Shown here: positions 35,022 to 45,714 of the stretch, piece after piece
How the letters are laid out: each line of letters opens with the position of its first letter
Numbering within the stretch: position 1 is the stretch's first letter
Source of the DNA: a virus
Taxonomy: Duplodnaviria > Caudoviricetes
IMG/VR virus record: IMGVR_UViG_3300048848_000077
Location: 1-54,845 of that record
Reading direction: 5' to 3' (one strand)
DNA: 54,845 bases
Translations under genes and position numbers: made by a program
Notes under the pieces: model-generated
Database searches by the model: none
What the model was told of the DNA's origin: nothing
What the model saw: the letters and a program-made list of their open reading frames with translations, nothing else

Positions 35022-38000
35022 ATGTCAGGTCAAGAAGTTCGCGGGATGCTGATCCGGCTTGAAGCAACCACGGCGCAGCTTCGTCAGGAAATGGCAAAAG
35101 CGGATACCACCGTAGCGCAAGTGGCAGGGCGGATTGATAGCCAGCTTGGCCGAGTGGATAGCGCTTTTGATCGGGCTGGCGCGAGTGCGGAGGCAGCCGC
35201 CAGCGCCTTAAAAGGTGCAATTTCTAGCGTAGTCGGCACCGCAGGCATCAGTCAGCTGCTGCAGCATGCCGAGGCATACACCACTATCGCGAACCGCTTA
35301 AAGCTGGTGACTACCAACGCTGCAGAGTTCCAAGCTGCCCAGCGTGCAGTCTTCGATATCGCTCAACGTTCCGGCCAGCCACTGACGGCCACCGCAGAGC
35401 TCTATCAGCGCATCGCGACAAATCAGAAAGAGCTGAAGTTGACCGGTCAAGGCGTGGCCGGGATCGTTGAGACGATCAGTAAGACCATGGTCATTAGTGG
35501 TGCCTCTACCGAATCCGCCAACGCTGCGCTTATCCAGTTGGGACAGGCGTTTGCCTCGGGGACTCTTCGTGGCGAAGAGCTCAACTCTGTTCTGGAACAA
35601 GCCCCAGCTCTGGCGCAAGCCATCGCCAAAGGCATGGGCGTTTCCGTTGGCGCGCTTCGCTCGCTAGGCGCCGCTGGCAAGCTCACTGCCGACTCTGTCG
35701 TGAAAGCACTTCAGGCCCAGGCGGCAGCGGTGAATGAGCTGTACGGTAAGATGCAGGCCACGGTCAGCCAAGGCCTGACGAAGCTGGACAACTCGGCGAC
35801 CCAGCTCATCGGCAAACTGGATCAGACGTCCGGCGTCAGTCAGAAGCTTGCCGGTGTGTTGACGTCGGTCTCGAAAAGTTTGGACTCGGTGTCGGCGGAT
35901 GGCTCTTCGCTGGCAGACACCGTTGAGCGCGTAACGAGCGTTGCCGAGAAGCTCGCTATAGTAATTGGCGCCCGCTTGGCCCTATCTGCTGGTCAGTCTG
36001 CCCTTGCCTTTGCTTCGGTAACCAAGGCGTCGATAGACCAAGCGATTGCGCTCGGGCGGTCAGCAGTGGCATCGGATGCTGCTCGGGTTGCTGATGCCGC
36101 AAGTGCGCAGCAAGCTCTTCTGACGGCTCAGTCGCGCCAAGTTGATGCAAAGGCAATGCTCGAGCACGCGAGCGTCGAATTGGTGGCTGCCGAACAAAAG
36201 GTTGCAGCTGATCGCGTGCGCCAGGCATCCGAGGTTGCAAACTTGCAGTCCGTTCAGACTGCGCTGATCGCGGAGCGCGGGCTCGAAGAGCAACGCCTAC
36301 GCGCACAGATAACTGACACCGGCCGCGCGCAATCCATTGCTCGCATCGTTGAGCTGCGGCAGTCGGAAATATTAATCGCCGACCAGGTGAGGGCAGCAGA
36401 GACGGCGCTGGCCGAAACATCGGTTGCCACTTCTGCACAGATCCAGGCTGCCTACCAGCGGAGATCGGCAGCTGCGGGCGCCTACGGGGAAACCACGCTC
36501 GCGGTAAATGAAGCTGTTGCGGCATCGGAAAAAACCACTGCTGCTGCATCCGGTGTGTCGAGGGGTATCGCGGGCCTGTCGGCGGCGGGGGGTGGTTTGC
36601 TTGCTCTGCTGACCGGTCCTGTTGGCATGATCGCGACGGTGGCGCTCGTCGCTGCCTCGTTTATTGATTTTGGCGGCAGTGCGAAAACCGCTACTTCGGC
36701 GCTGATTGACCAGAACCTGACGGTTGATGACTCCATCGCCAAGTTTAAGGAATTGGGCGCTGCGCAGCGGACCCTTCAGGTTTCTACCTGGACGGAAAAG
36801 CAGGTGGAGGCCCTGGATAGCGTCGGCGCCGCGCTGAATGAATATTCGCTGCGGGGCATGGAGGCATTCCAGCAACTCGGCGTTGCAGGGGCGGAAGGCG
36901 CTGAAGCATTCAGCCAGATGGTCGAGAAGGTCCGCGCTGGGACTCTGCCGCTCAATAGCGTCACTGAGTGGGTGAAGGAGAACAAGGCAATCCTGCCTAC
37001 ATACACCGCACTGCTTGAGCAGTCGGCCGCGGCGTATGAAATTAACGGTATCAAAGCGGATAAGTACGGCAAGCTGCTTGGGCAGGTCAATAGCGTCACA
37101 GCCGCTGCCACGACTGCAACCGGTCAGCTCGCAGCATCGCAGCAGAGTTCCGGCCAAACCGATGCGAACAAGGTCGCGTGGGACAAGTACATCGATCAGT
37201 TGACCAAGACCCGCGATCTGCTTGGCGCGAATGCGGCCGCAGAAGCTGCGTACACGGCCGCAAAAATGGGCGCCACTCCGGCACAGGCCGCCCAGGCAAA
37301 GATCATTGCTGACCAGACCGACACGCTCAAAAAATATCAGGATGCAATCAAGGATAGTTCGGAGGCCGAAAAGATTCGTCTCAAGGCCCAGTTGGTCGCG
37401 CTCTACACCGCTGAAGACGCTGCAAACGAAGCTGCGGCAGCACGGAAAAAGGCGTTGGACGATACCGCCAAGGCTGCGGAGGAAAGCGCGGCGCGTCAAG
37501 TCAATGCTATGCAGCTGGTCATCAATCAGGCGGTCAACCTCACCAAAGGCCGCAACCTGCTCCTGCTGCCGGAAGTTAAGCCGGACCCCAAAAACCAGAC
37601 CGGTTATGGCCTGCTTACTAATGGCGGGACCCCACCCGTAGCACCAGTAAAGCCTAAGGCCACGCCGGATCAGCGTGCTGAAACCGCGATCGCGCAATTG
37701 GACGCAACAACCGACGCGAATAAGCGCGTCGACAAGGCCGCCAATGCCGCCGCGACTGCGCTCAAAAACCAGCAGAAGGCGCTTGAGGATCTGCTCGCTA
37801 AGTCCGGCATCGCGACGAAGGCTTCAAACGATATCGCTGATGCATACCTGGCTGGCGCGAACAACGTTCGTGAGTTGACCATCAAGCAGGAGATCGAGAC
37901 CGAGGTTTTGAAAACCGGCGCCAAGGCCTACGAACGGGTCGCGGCAGCCGTCAATGCGATGCACGACGCGAAGGATCGCGCGGAGGTCATGAAGCATGTG

Positions 38001-41000
38001 GCCGAACTGCGCGTGGAGATCGAAAGCCTTCAGAAAGAGGCGGTCGCGACCCTGCAAGGCCAGGCTGCAATCGACGCATTCAACGTCGCGAAGACCGTGC
38101 AGGCTGAATTGATCGGTAAGAAGATCGCGGTCGGTTCCGCTGAATACGACCAGCTCGTTGCTGTTACCAAAGCTCAGTTGGACAGCAACAAAGCTCTGGA
38201 TCAGGCCAACGAAGCGAACAGCATAGTTGATCGCTTGTATCCGCAAACGAAGCTGCTTCGTGACTACACCCGCGAGCTGGAATCTCTAAACAAGGCGATG
38301 GACCTGGACAAGGTCCATGCGGCCGCCTACCAAGATGCCATTGCCCGCCTGGGTAGCGAATACGAGCGGAATCAGCGCGCAGCTACAACCTGGGGGCAGT
38401 TCACCGAGGGTGCGATTGATCGTATCGACGGCGCGTTCGCGGACATGTGGAAATCTGTCTTGAGCAAGTCCGGCAACTTTATGGACACGTTGAAAGACAG
38501 CTTCCGTCAGTTCCTGGCCGAACTGGCCCACATGGCAATTACCAAGCCGATCCTGGTGCAGTTCGCTAGCGCTCTGGGCGTGGGCAGTGCCTCGGCTCAG
38601 TCATCGGGGCTGTTTGGCGATCTGACCGGTGGTGGCGGTGGCGGGACCGGCATCATGTCGTACCTCAACACCGCCAAGAACGTCATGTCAGCGGCCGGTA
38701 GCAGCTTCGGTCAGTCGATCATGTCCGGCTGGGCGGGCGGGGACGGCATCGTCGGCGGAATCCAGGGGGCATTCTCTAATGGCGCCGACTACATTGGCTC
38801 CGCGATTACGGGTGCGTTCTCGGCAGGGTCTGCGACAGCCAGCAATGCGGCGGCCAGCCTAGCCGCCGGAGCATCGCAGGCAGGCTACACCGGCGCCGCG
38901 TATCAGGGCTACGTGAGCTCCGCCAATGCGGCCGCAAGCCTTTCCAGCCTCACTACTGCGTTGAGCTATGTCGGCGCCGTATATTCGGTGATCCAGTCTT
39001 ACCAGGCTTATGGCCTCAAAGGCGGGGCGACCACGGCAGGGTTTGCGGCTGCCGGCGCGGCGATCGGTACGTGGGTTTTCCCTGTCATCGGTACCGCTCT
39101 GGGGGCTGCAATCGGCGCCGTGGTCGGGTCGATCGCATCCAGCAAGCTTTTCAGTAGCGGCGAGAAGTATCCGGACCTGAGCACCTCGGCCACTGGCAAC
39201 TACGTCAACGGCAAATACACCGACACCGGCATTGCCCAAGACTGGCAAACCAAGGCACCGAAATATGGCTCGGCTGCCGATGCAGCGATGTCCTCCACCC
39301 TCAACAAGTTCAGCATGACGCTGGGCAATCTTTACGAGGTTCTGGGTAACGGCGCGGACGTCGTGGCATACAACACGCTGCAGCAGCGCAAGACTTCCGG
39401 CAAGTACTCCAGCACGTTCGGCGCGCAGCTTGATGATGGCTCGGTGCTCACCGGTAAGCAGCAGTTCAAGGCGAAGGATATTGCAGCAGCGCTGACCGCC
39501 GACTATGACGACGTGATGGGCACGTTCCTCGCCAAAGCGATCGTGAGCTCGAAGTCGCTTCCGGAGTACTTCAAAGCCCAGTTCAGCGCGTTTGCCAACG
39601 ACTGGAACACGACGGCTGACCAGGTCATCAAGGCGATTGAAGGCGTCTTTACCCGTTTCAACGGGGTGAACGATGCGCTGTCGCTGATCAATGTTGGCAA
39701 CCTGAAGCTCGACAACACCGGGCTGATGGCTTCTGACTCGATCCTGAACATGATCGGCGCGATATCTGGCCTCGACACTGCCACGGCCACCGCCAAGGAG
39801 AAGGTGGACGCCCTCAATAAGAGCGTCGGGACTTATTACCAGGCGTTCTTCACAGCCGACGAGCAATTCGCCGACCTGACCAAAAGCCTGCAGGGCGCCT
39901 TCGCCGGCTTCGGCCTGAAACTGCCAGACACTCGCTCTGCCTACCGCAAGATGGTCGAAGACATTGACGTCACGACCACTGCCGGCCAGGCGATGTTCGC
40001 GACCATGATGGGGCTCGCCACAAATGCCGACTCGTTTTACACGGAGGTAGACAAACAGGCGCAAGCAGCAGTAGACGCAGCCAAGGAGAAAACCCAGGCA
40101 GCGGCGGAGGCGTGGTCGAATTACTACGGCCTGTTTACCTCCGACAGTCAGAAGGCAGCTGACACGCTGTCCACTGTGGGGCAGCAGTTCGCGGCGTTGG
40201 GTTTGTCTTTTCCAGCAACGCGTGATGGCTTCACTGCAATGGTCGGTTCCATTGACCAAACAACCGAGAAAGGCAAAGCGTTGTTCGCCTCACTGCTTGG
40301 CTTGGCCACCAATGCGGATGCCGCCTTCGACATCATCGAGGCCAAAGCCGCAGACGCGGCGAAGGTTGTGAAAGACGCGTTGAATCTCGCTGTTACCAAT
40401 GGCTTCTCAGCGGTGCAGCGCGCTATTAGCGCTCAGAAAACGTCGATCAACGACATGTTGTCGACTGCTAACGCCAACATCAGCAACTTGACCGGCGTCA
40501 GCAATGACCTCGGCTCAGCGCTCAAGGCGTTGCGCGGCGATTCGGATCAGGCAGTAGCGTCGCTTCGCGCTCAGGCGCAGGCAACGCTGCAAAACGCTCT
40601 TGCCAAAGCTAGGTCCGGCGGCTCGCTGGTCAACTTTGAGGGCTTGAGCGATGCACTGGCCACAGTGAGCGGCATCAACACCGACCTGTATTCCTCCCTA
40701 GAGGATTTCAACCGCGACCAAGGCCGCACGGCCAATGTCGTGGCGGAGCTGAACAGGCTCAACGGCAAGCAGCTCACCAGTGCCGAGCAGACCGCCAAGA
40801 CGCTGCAGGAGCAGCTGGAGCGTCTCGACGATCAGCTGGAATTCGCTCAGGCGCAGTTGGATATGCTGAACGGTGTTGATAACTCGGTGATGTCGGTGAC
40901 CGCTGCGGTCAATGCCATGAACGCGGCTGTGGTTGCGGCATTGAAGGGTGGGGCTGGCGCCGGCGCTGCTCTGAGTCCGGCGAATGCGGTGACGGCTATC

Positions 41001-41540
41001 CAAACCGCCTACCGCAACATCCTCGGCAGGGAGGCTGATGCACCAGGTCTCGCTGCGTGGACTGGGGCGCTGGCCAACGGGGCAACCCTGGAGCAGGTGC
41101 TTGCGTCGATCAAGGCGTCTGCAGCTGCAAATGGTCAACTCGCGGGGCACGCAACGGGCGGTTACATCAGCGGTCCCGGCACCGGCACAAGCGACAGCAT
41201 TCTGGCCCGCCTTTCGAACGGCGAGTTCGTAATGACTGCCGCGGCTGTCCGTGCGTTCGGGACCGATGCGCTCAATCAGATGAACTCCTTGCAGATCCCG
41301 GCATTCGCTGCGGGCGGCCCGGTGCTTGATGTCGCAACCCCAAGCCAGGTGTTCACTGCAAGCAAGCCAACTGAACCCGCGCGTGGCGGCGGCCAAGCCG
41401 CCGAGGTCCGGGAGATGTTTGTCTGGGTCAAGCAAGTGGTCGGCGCCATGAAAGTGAACTCCGACAAAGTCCAGAGGAAGCTTGAGCAATGGGAAAGAGA
41501 CGGGCTTCCTGCCACCACTAAAGCGAGTGCGAACGCATGA
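35022..41540 (+). CDS. Tape measure protein (2172 aa)
   Basis: Tape_meas N-domain (LRGEELNSVLEQAP); Ala-rich helical; C-terminal HATGG...GPGTGTSDSI. Confidence 0.95.
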   Translation: MSGQEVRGMLIRLEATTAQLRQEMAKADTTVAQVAGRIDSQLGRVDSAFDRAGASAEAAASALKGAISSVVGTAGISQLLQHAEAYTTIANRLKLVTTNAAEFQAAQRAVFDIAQRSGQPLTATAELYQRIATNQKELKLTGQGVAGIVETISKTMVISGASTESANAALIQLGQAFASGTLRGEELNSVLEQAPALAQAIAKGMGVSVGALRSLGAAGKLTADSVVKALQAQAAAVNELYGKMQATVSQGLTKLDNSATQLIGKLDQTSGVSQKLAGVLTSVSKSLDSVSADGSSLADTVERVTSVAEKLAIVIGARLALSAGQSALAFASVTKASIDQAIALGRSAVASDAARVADAASAQQALLTAQSRQVDAKAMLEHASVELVAAEQKVAADRVRQASEVANLQSVQTALIAERGLEEQRLRAQITDTGRAQSIARIVELRQSEILIADQVRAAETALAETSVATSAQIQAAYQRRSAAAGAYGETTLAVNEAVAASEKTTAAASGVSRGIAGLSAAGGGLLALLTGPVGMIATVALVAASFIDFGGSAKTATSALIDQNLTVDDSIAKFKELGAAQRTLQVSTWTEKQVEALDSVGAALNEYSLRGMEAFQQLGVAGAEGAEAFSQMVEKVRAGTLPLNSVTEWVKENKAILPTYTALLEQSAAAYEINGIKADKYGKLLGQVNSVTAAATTATGQLAASQQSSGQTDANKVAWDKYIDQLTKTRDLLGANAAAEAAYTAAKMGATPAQAAQAKIIADQTDTLKKYQDAIKDSSEAEKIRLKAQLVALYTAEDAANEAAAARKKALDDTAKAAEESAARQVNAMQLVINQAVNLTKGRNLLLLPEVKPDPKNQTGYGLLTNGGTPPVAPVKPKATPDQRAETAIAQLDATTDANKRVDKAANAAATALKNQQKALEDLLAKSGIATKASNDIADAYLAGANNVRELTIKQEIETEVLKTGAKAYERVAAAVNAMHDAKDRAEVMKHVAELRVEIESLQKEAVATLQGQAAIDAFNVAKTVQAELIGKKIAVGSAEYDQLVAVTKAQLDSNKALDQANEANSIVDRLYPQTKLLRDYTRELESLNKAMDLDKVHAAAYQDAIARLGSEYERNQRAATTWGQFTEGAIDRIDGAFADMWKSVLSKSGNFMDTLKDSFRQFLAELAHMAITKPILVQFASALGVGSASAQSSGLFGDLTGGGGGGTGIMSYLNTAKNVMSAAGSSFGQSIMSGWAGGDGIVGGIQGAFSNGADYIGSAITGAFSAGSATASNAAASLAAGASQAGYTGAAYQGYVSSANAAASLSSLTTALSYVGAVYSVIQSYQAYGLKGGATTAGFAAAGAAIGTWVFPVIGTALGAAIGAVVGSIASSKLFSSGEKYPDLSTSATGNYVNGKYTDTGIAQDWQTKAPKYGSAADAAMSSTLNKFSMTLGNLYEVLGNGADVVAYNTLQQRKTSGKYSSTFGAQLDDGSVLTGKQQFKAKDIAAALTADYDDVMGTFLAKAIVSSKSLPEYFKAQFSAFANDWNTTADQVIKAIEGVFTRFNGVNDALSLINVGNLKLDNTGLMASDSILNMIGAISGLDTATATAKEKVDALNKSVGTYYQAFFTADEQFADLTKSLQGAFAGFGLKLPDTRSAYRKMVEDIDVTTTAGQAMFATMMGLATNADSFYTEVDKQAQAAVDAAKEKTQAAAEAWSNYYGLFTSDSQKAADTLSTVGQQFAALGLSFPATRDGFTAMVGSIDQTTEKGKALFASLLGLATNADAAFDIIEAKAADAAKVVKDALNLAVTNGFSAVQRAISAQKTSINDMLSTANANISNLTGVSNDLGSALKALRGDSDQAVASLRAQAQATLQNALAKARSGGSLVNFEGLSDALATVSGINTDLYSSLEDFNRDQGRTANVVAELNRLNGKQLTSAEQTAKTLQEQLERLDDQLEFAQAQLDMLNGVDNSVMSVTAAVNAMNAAVVAALKGGAGAGAALSPANAVTAIQTAYRNILGREADAPGLAAWTGALANGATLEQVLASIKASAAANGQLAGHATGGYISGPGTGTSDSILARLSNGEFVMTAAAVRAFGTDALNQMNSLQIPAFAAGGPVLDVATPSQVFTASKPTEPARGGGQAAEVREMFVWVKQVVGAMKVNSDKVQRKLEQWERDGLPATTKASANA

Positions 41541-42436
41541 GGTTCATCCGGCCGATTGAGGTCACTCCCGGCAAGTTGATCAGCAGTAACGTGGCCGAAA
41601 CGGAATCCGCCACCTGGAGCTCGACGGCCACGTACGCGATCGGCGTAAGCGTCATCTGGAATCACCGGATCTACCAGGCGCTGGCGGCGGTTCCAGCCGG
41701 CGTCACGCCTGGAAGTGAGGTGGTGACGCAGACCAACCCGGCGAAATGGCAGGACCTTGGTGCAACAAACCGCTGGAGGATGTTCGACGAGATCGTCGGC
41801 ACGCTCACCACCAATGCGGGCTCCGTCTCCGTGACGATCAAGCCCGGGGAGGTGGTGAACTCGCTGGCGCTGTTCAACGTTCAAGGCGAGTCCGTCACGG
41901 TGACGATGACGGACCCGATTGAGGGTGTTGTGTACACCAGCACCATGAGCCTGATCGATGCCGCTGTGGATAACTGGTACGACTGGTTCTTCAGCGAAAT
42001 CGATACGCGCACCAGCGTCGTGGTGCTGGACATGCCGGCGTACGGCACGGCCAGCATCACGGTGACGGTGAACAGCAGCGGGGTGGCGGGCGTCGGTGCG
42101 CTGGTGGTCGGCAAGGAAACGATTATTGGCGATTCGGTCTATGGCGCGAGCATCGGGATCGACGACTACAGCCGCAAGGAGCGGGACCCGTTCGGCAACA
42201 TCGTCATCACGCCTAGGGCCTACTCCGACACCGGTGACTTCCAGATCGTCGTCGATACCGCCCGGGTCGCGAAGATTAAAAAACTGCTGACCGAGATCCG
42301 CGCCAAGCCAGTTGTCTGGATCGGCGAAGAGACCTACGAGGCAACAATCATTTACGGCTTTTTCAAATCCTTCGACCTGGTCTATTCCGGGCCGATTGTT
42401 TCCGATTGCCAGCTTTCCATCGAGGGCCTTATCTGA
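41537..42436 (+). CDS. Tail tip protein with CBM5/12-like motif
   Basis: WSSTATYAIGVSVIWNHRIYQAL; directly after the tape measure gene. Confidence 0.7.
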   Translation: MRFIRPIEVTPGKLISSNVAETESATWSSTATYAIGVSVIWNHRIYQALAAVPAGVTPGSEVVTQTNPAKWQDLGATNRWRMFDEIVGTLTTNAGSVSVTIKPGEVVNSLALFNVQGESVTVTMTDPIEGVVYTSTMSLIDAAVDNWYDWFFSEIDTRTSVVVLDMPAYGTASITVTVNSSGVAGVGALVVGKETIIGDSVYGASIGIDDYSRKERDPFGNIVITPRAYSDTGDFQIVVDTARVAKIKKLLTEIRAKPVVWIGEETYEATIIYGFFKSFDLVYSGPIVSDCQLSIEGLI

Positions 42437-44052
42437 TGGCTGTACCACCTCTGATTCCAGAACTGCCGGAGGCACCGTCGCGCGCCGAGGGGCAAGCCGC
42501 GTTTAATCTGACGGCCGAACCCTTCATCGCCGCGCTGCCGCCAATGGTGGTGAACGTCAACGCCTCTCTCACCTGGATCGGTCAGCAGGTCACTGCTGTC
42601 GATGGCTACCGGCAGGCGGCGGCAACCAGCGCCCAAAGCGCGGCCGATAGTGCTACCGCGGCCGGACAGAAGGTTCAGCTGGCAGCTGATCAGGTAGGAC
42701 TAGCGAAGACGGCGCGTACTGCCGCCGAGGCTGCACGGGATGCCGCTCAGGCCTCGGCACTTGCCGCTGGCGCCGCGGCCGGTCTGCCTGCACAGCGCGT
42801 ACCTTTCACTGTGCTACAGATCACCGCGGCCGGGAATGTGGCATGGGGCACGGGCTTGCCTGACACCACTGCGGCGCTACCTGGGCAGGCTCTGGTTTTG
42901 GGCGCCGGCAAGATGCCCGGCTGGGGCTACGCCGGTGCGCAGATCGGTGACGTGCTCTACAGCTCGCGGAATCCGGGTGCGGGATATCTGCCGGCGAACG
43001 GTGGTATATATCTCCAGTCTGCATATCCGGCCTATTTTGCTCTCCTTGGTTTAATCGGCGGGCAACGTGCGGTTTCTTTCACAGCCAAAGCTTTATCTGC
43101 CATTTTGAGCGTTATTGAATTTGGTGAAAACGGCGTAGTGCTGGGCGTGACCGCAAATTGTGACATATACAGATCAACCGATTACGGAAATACATTTGTC
43201 CTAGTAGCGTCTGCGCTTTCAACGCAAAACTCTGGTCAGCTTTTACATCTAGGTGGTTCCACTTGGATGCTGGGAAATAACGACAACAAGATTCTTAGAA
43301 CTGCGGATAACGGCAGTTCGTGGAGCCCTGTAAGCATAGGCAGCACGTTTGCTAGAGGCGACACAGATAAGAATGGTGTTGTGATTATTCAGACGTCTGC
43401 AGGGATGTTGCGATCTGTCAATTACGGTCAAATCTTCAATAACTTGGTCAGCGCCCCATTTTCACTTGGTATGGCGTTCAACTACATTGGTAATGGGAGG
43501 TGGGTTGCACAGGTAACCACCACAACTGTTGCGATAAGTGACGACGCCTTCAGTAGCTCCGTAAGCAAAAGTTTGAACGGTACGACTAGTGGCAATGTCT
43601 TGAAATTCATACCTGATTTGGTGAGCGGGGTGGTTCTTGGGTACTCAGGCAACGGTGGAGTAGCGACACTCAATCTTGCTGTTAGCTATGACAGGGGCGA
43701 CACGTGGGGCGTGATGGCGTCAGGTTGCGCGTACCCTCTTCAAAGCGTGGTGTTCGCAGGCTTAGATACATGGTTACTTTATGGTGCGCAAAGTCCAAGC
43801 ACTTACGATATGCGTAAATCTACCAATGGCGCTAAAACATTCGCACAGTATACAAACATCGGCACTGTTACTGCAGTTATGCGTCTTTCCTCCGATCCGT
43901 TGAAAGGTCAGGTCATTGCCACGGCTGGTCAGACCGGTTCAAGTGCTTATTATCTCAGTGCACCGGTCCTCGGCTACGACGGAACAACCCAATTCAAAGT
44001 ACCGACGCTTGCCAAGCAGGAAGGCGTCAATCCATACGTGAGGGCTGCTTGA
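42436..44052 (+). CDS. Tail fibre / receptor-binding protein with Asp-box (BNR) propeller
   Basis: Coiled N-terminus; repeats RSTDYGNTF, RTADNGSSW, RSVNYGQIF, VSYDRGDTW, KSTNGAKTF. Confidence 0.8.
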   Translation: MAVPPLIPELPEAPSRAEGQAAFNLTAEPFIAALPPMVVNVNASLTWIGQQVTAVDGYRQAAATSAQSAADSATAAGQKVQLAADQVGLAKTARTAAEAARDAAQASALAAGAAAGLPAQRVPFTVLQITAAGNVAWGTGLPDTTAALPGQALVLGAGKMPGWGYAGAQIGDVLYSSRNPGAGYLPANGGIYLQSAYPAYFALLGLIGGQRAVSFTAKALSAILSVIEFGENGVVLGVTANCDIYRSTDYGNTFVLVASALSTQNSGQLLHLGGSTWMLGNNDNKILRTADNGSSWSPVSIGSTFARGDTDKNGVVIIQTSAGMLRSVNYGQIFNNLVSAPFSLGMAFNYIGNGRWVAQVTTTTVAISDDAFSSSVSKSLNGTTSGNVLKFIPDLVSGVVLGYSGNGGVATLNLAVSYDRGDTWGVMASGCAYPLQSVVFAGLDTWLLYGAQSPSTYDMRKSTNGAKTFAQYTNIGTVTAVMRLSSDPLKGQVIATAGQTGSSAYYLSAPVLGYDGTTQFKVPTLAKQEGVNPYVRAA

Positions 44053-44570
44053 TGATCACGCTCTATCGCTGGAACTCAAGCGGGCTTTTCTACGAAACCG
44101 TGGAGGCGGACGAGGCGGGCGCGTTGCCCGAGCGCAGCACCTCGGCGAAGCCGCCCAAGCTGACCGGTGCCCAGGTGGCACGCTGGACCGGCGAAGGGTG
44201 GGAGAAGCTGTCGAAGGCCCCGGACCCTGAACCAGTGCCCGCGGCGGACTGGCCAGCGCTGATCGCCGCTCGCCGCTACGCCGCTGAAATCTCTGGCACA
44301 ACGATTGAAAGCATGCCGATCGACACCGGCCGCGACAGTCAGGCGCTGATCACGGGCGCCGCGCTGCAGGCTGTCATCGATCCGGAGTACTCGGTTCACT
44401 GGAAGACGGCAGAGGGCTTCGTTGACCTGACTGCGCAACAGGTCATTGGTGTGGCCTCAGCGGTGCGGGCATTCGTGCAGGCCTGCTTTAACCGTGAGTC
44501 GGAGTTGCTCGACGCGGTGACCGCGGGTTCGATCACTGCCGACATGCTGGAACAGGGCTGGCCTGTATGA
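44049..44570 (+). CDS. DUF4376-like tail fibre assembly protein
   Basis: IAARRY..E.SG...DTGRDSQ...WKTAEGFV.L...VQACF.RE. Confidence 0.8.
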   Translation: MMITLYRWNSSGLFYETVEADEAGALPERSTSAKPPKLTGAQVARWTGEGWEKLSKAPDPEPVPAADWPALIAARRYAAEISGTTIESMPIDTGRDSQALITGAALQAVIDPEYSVHWKTAEGFVDLTAQQVIGVASAVRAFVQACFNRESELLDAVTAGSITADMLEQGWPV

Positions 44571-44977
44571 GCCGTTTCACCACCACCCTGAAGACTGAGC
44601 AGGTCGGCAAGTGGACGCACGCTTTACTCGCTGACCTGGTGCTGGCGGATGAGGATCAGCGCGTCATCACAGTGCCGGCCGGGTTCACCACGGACTTTGC
44701 CAGCATCAGGGTTTTGCACAACGCCTTCCTGTTCGTGCTGTTCGCGCTGGTCTCCGGTTACGGCAACTACGCGGCGGCCGTGCACGACTTCCTCTATACG
44801 TATGGCCAGGTCACACGAAAGGAGGCCGATGCCGTTCTGTACCGCGCGCTGCGGGCAGAAGGTGTTGCCCGATGGCGGGCCTGGCTCTTCTGGGCCGGCG
44901 TGCGAATAGGCGGCGCCAATCAATACACCAAGACCCCGACAAGTTCGGGGTTTTTTACGTCTGGAGAAAAGCAATGA
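44567..44977 (+). CDS. DUF1353 family protein
   Basis: VPAGFTTDFASI...AAAVHDFLY...RKEADAV. Confidence 0.85.
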   Translation: MSRFTTTLKTEQVGKWTHALLADLVLADEDQRVITVPAGFTTDFASIRVLHNAFLFVLFALVSGYGNYAAAVHDFLYTYGQVTRKEADAVLYRALRAEGVARWRAWLFWAGVRIGGANQYTKTPTSSGFFTSGEKQ

Positions 44978-45399
44978 CGGTGAGCGAGAAAGACCGGGAT
45001 GTGCTGGCGCGCACGCTGTGGGGCGAGGCGCGCGGGGAAGGGTTGGCCGGGATGGTGGCCGTGGCCTGGACGATCCGCAACCGGGTGGCCGATGGAAAAG
45101 ACAAGTCGTGGTGGGGCGAGGGCTACGCCGGCGTATGCCAGAAGCCTTACCAGTTCAGCTGCTGGAACCGCAACGACCCCAACTATCAGTTCCTGAGCGG
45201 CGCCCGGCAGATCCCTTTCCGCGAGCTGGCGCAGTGCCGCATCGCGGCTGACCAAGTAATCGACGGCAAGGTGCCGGACCCCACCGGCGGCGCCACCCAC
45301 TACTACGCGACCACCATGCCGAAACCACCGGACTGGGCGGCCAAGGCGAAGCGAACGCTGAAGCTGGGCAATCACATTTTTTTCAAAGACGTTCCGTGA
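44974..45399 (+). CDS. Cell wall hydrolase (SleB/Hydrolase_2), probable endolysin
   Basis: LARTLWGEARGEG...QFSCWN...GATHYY...GNHIF; start moved to the ATG at 44974. Confidence 0.9.
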   Translation: MTVSEKDRDVLARTLWGEARGEGLAGMVAVAWTIRNRVADGKDKSWWGEGYAGVCQKPYQFSCWNRNDPNYQFLSGARQIPFRELAQCRIAADQVIDGKVPDPTGGATHYYATTMPKPPDWAAKAKRTLKLGNHIFFKDVP

Positions 45400-45498
45400 T
45401 CGGCGGCGCAGCTTTCAGCGAATCGCAGCGCGGGTCGCCTTCAGTGGCCGTACCAAACCTGGCAACTCGGGAATTTCCGCTTTGACTTTGGAGTGAAG

Positions 45499-45714
45499 AT
45501 GCAGACTCAACAATACGTCGCCCCCGCCAGCCTGGCGCCGGTGACGCTCGCCGTCAAAGCAAATGGCGGAAGCGTGAAGGTCGAAAAGCAGGTGGGCGCC
45601 GACTGGGTTGTAGCTGATGTGTTTGCCCAAGACGGTGCGTGGCGCCTTGATCTGGGCTATTCACAAACACGATTCACGCCTTCTGGCGGTGCAGCATTCG
45701 AGATTTCCTCATGA
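45499..45714 (+). CDS. Small beta-rich protein coupled to the SGNH gene
   Basis: GGAG RBS; ATGA overlap with the next gene. Confidence 0.6.
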   Translation: MQTQQYVAPASLAPVTLAVKANGGSVKVEKQVGADWVVADVFAQDGAWRLDLGYSQTRFTPSGGAAFEISS

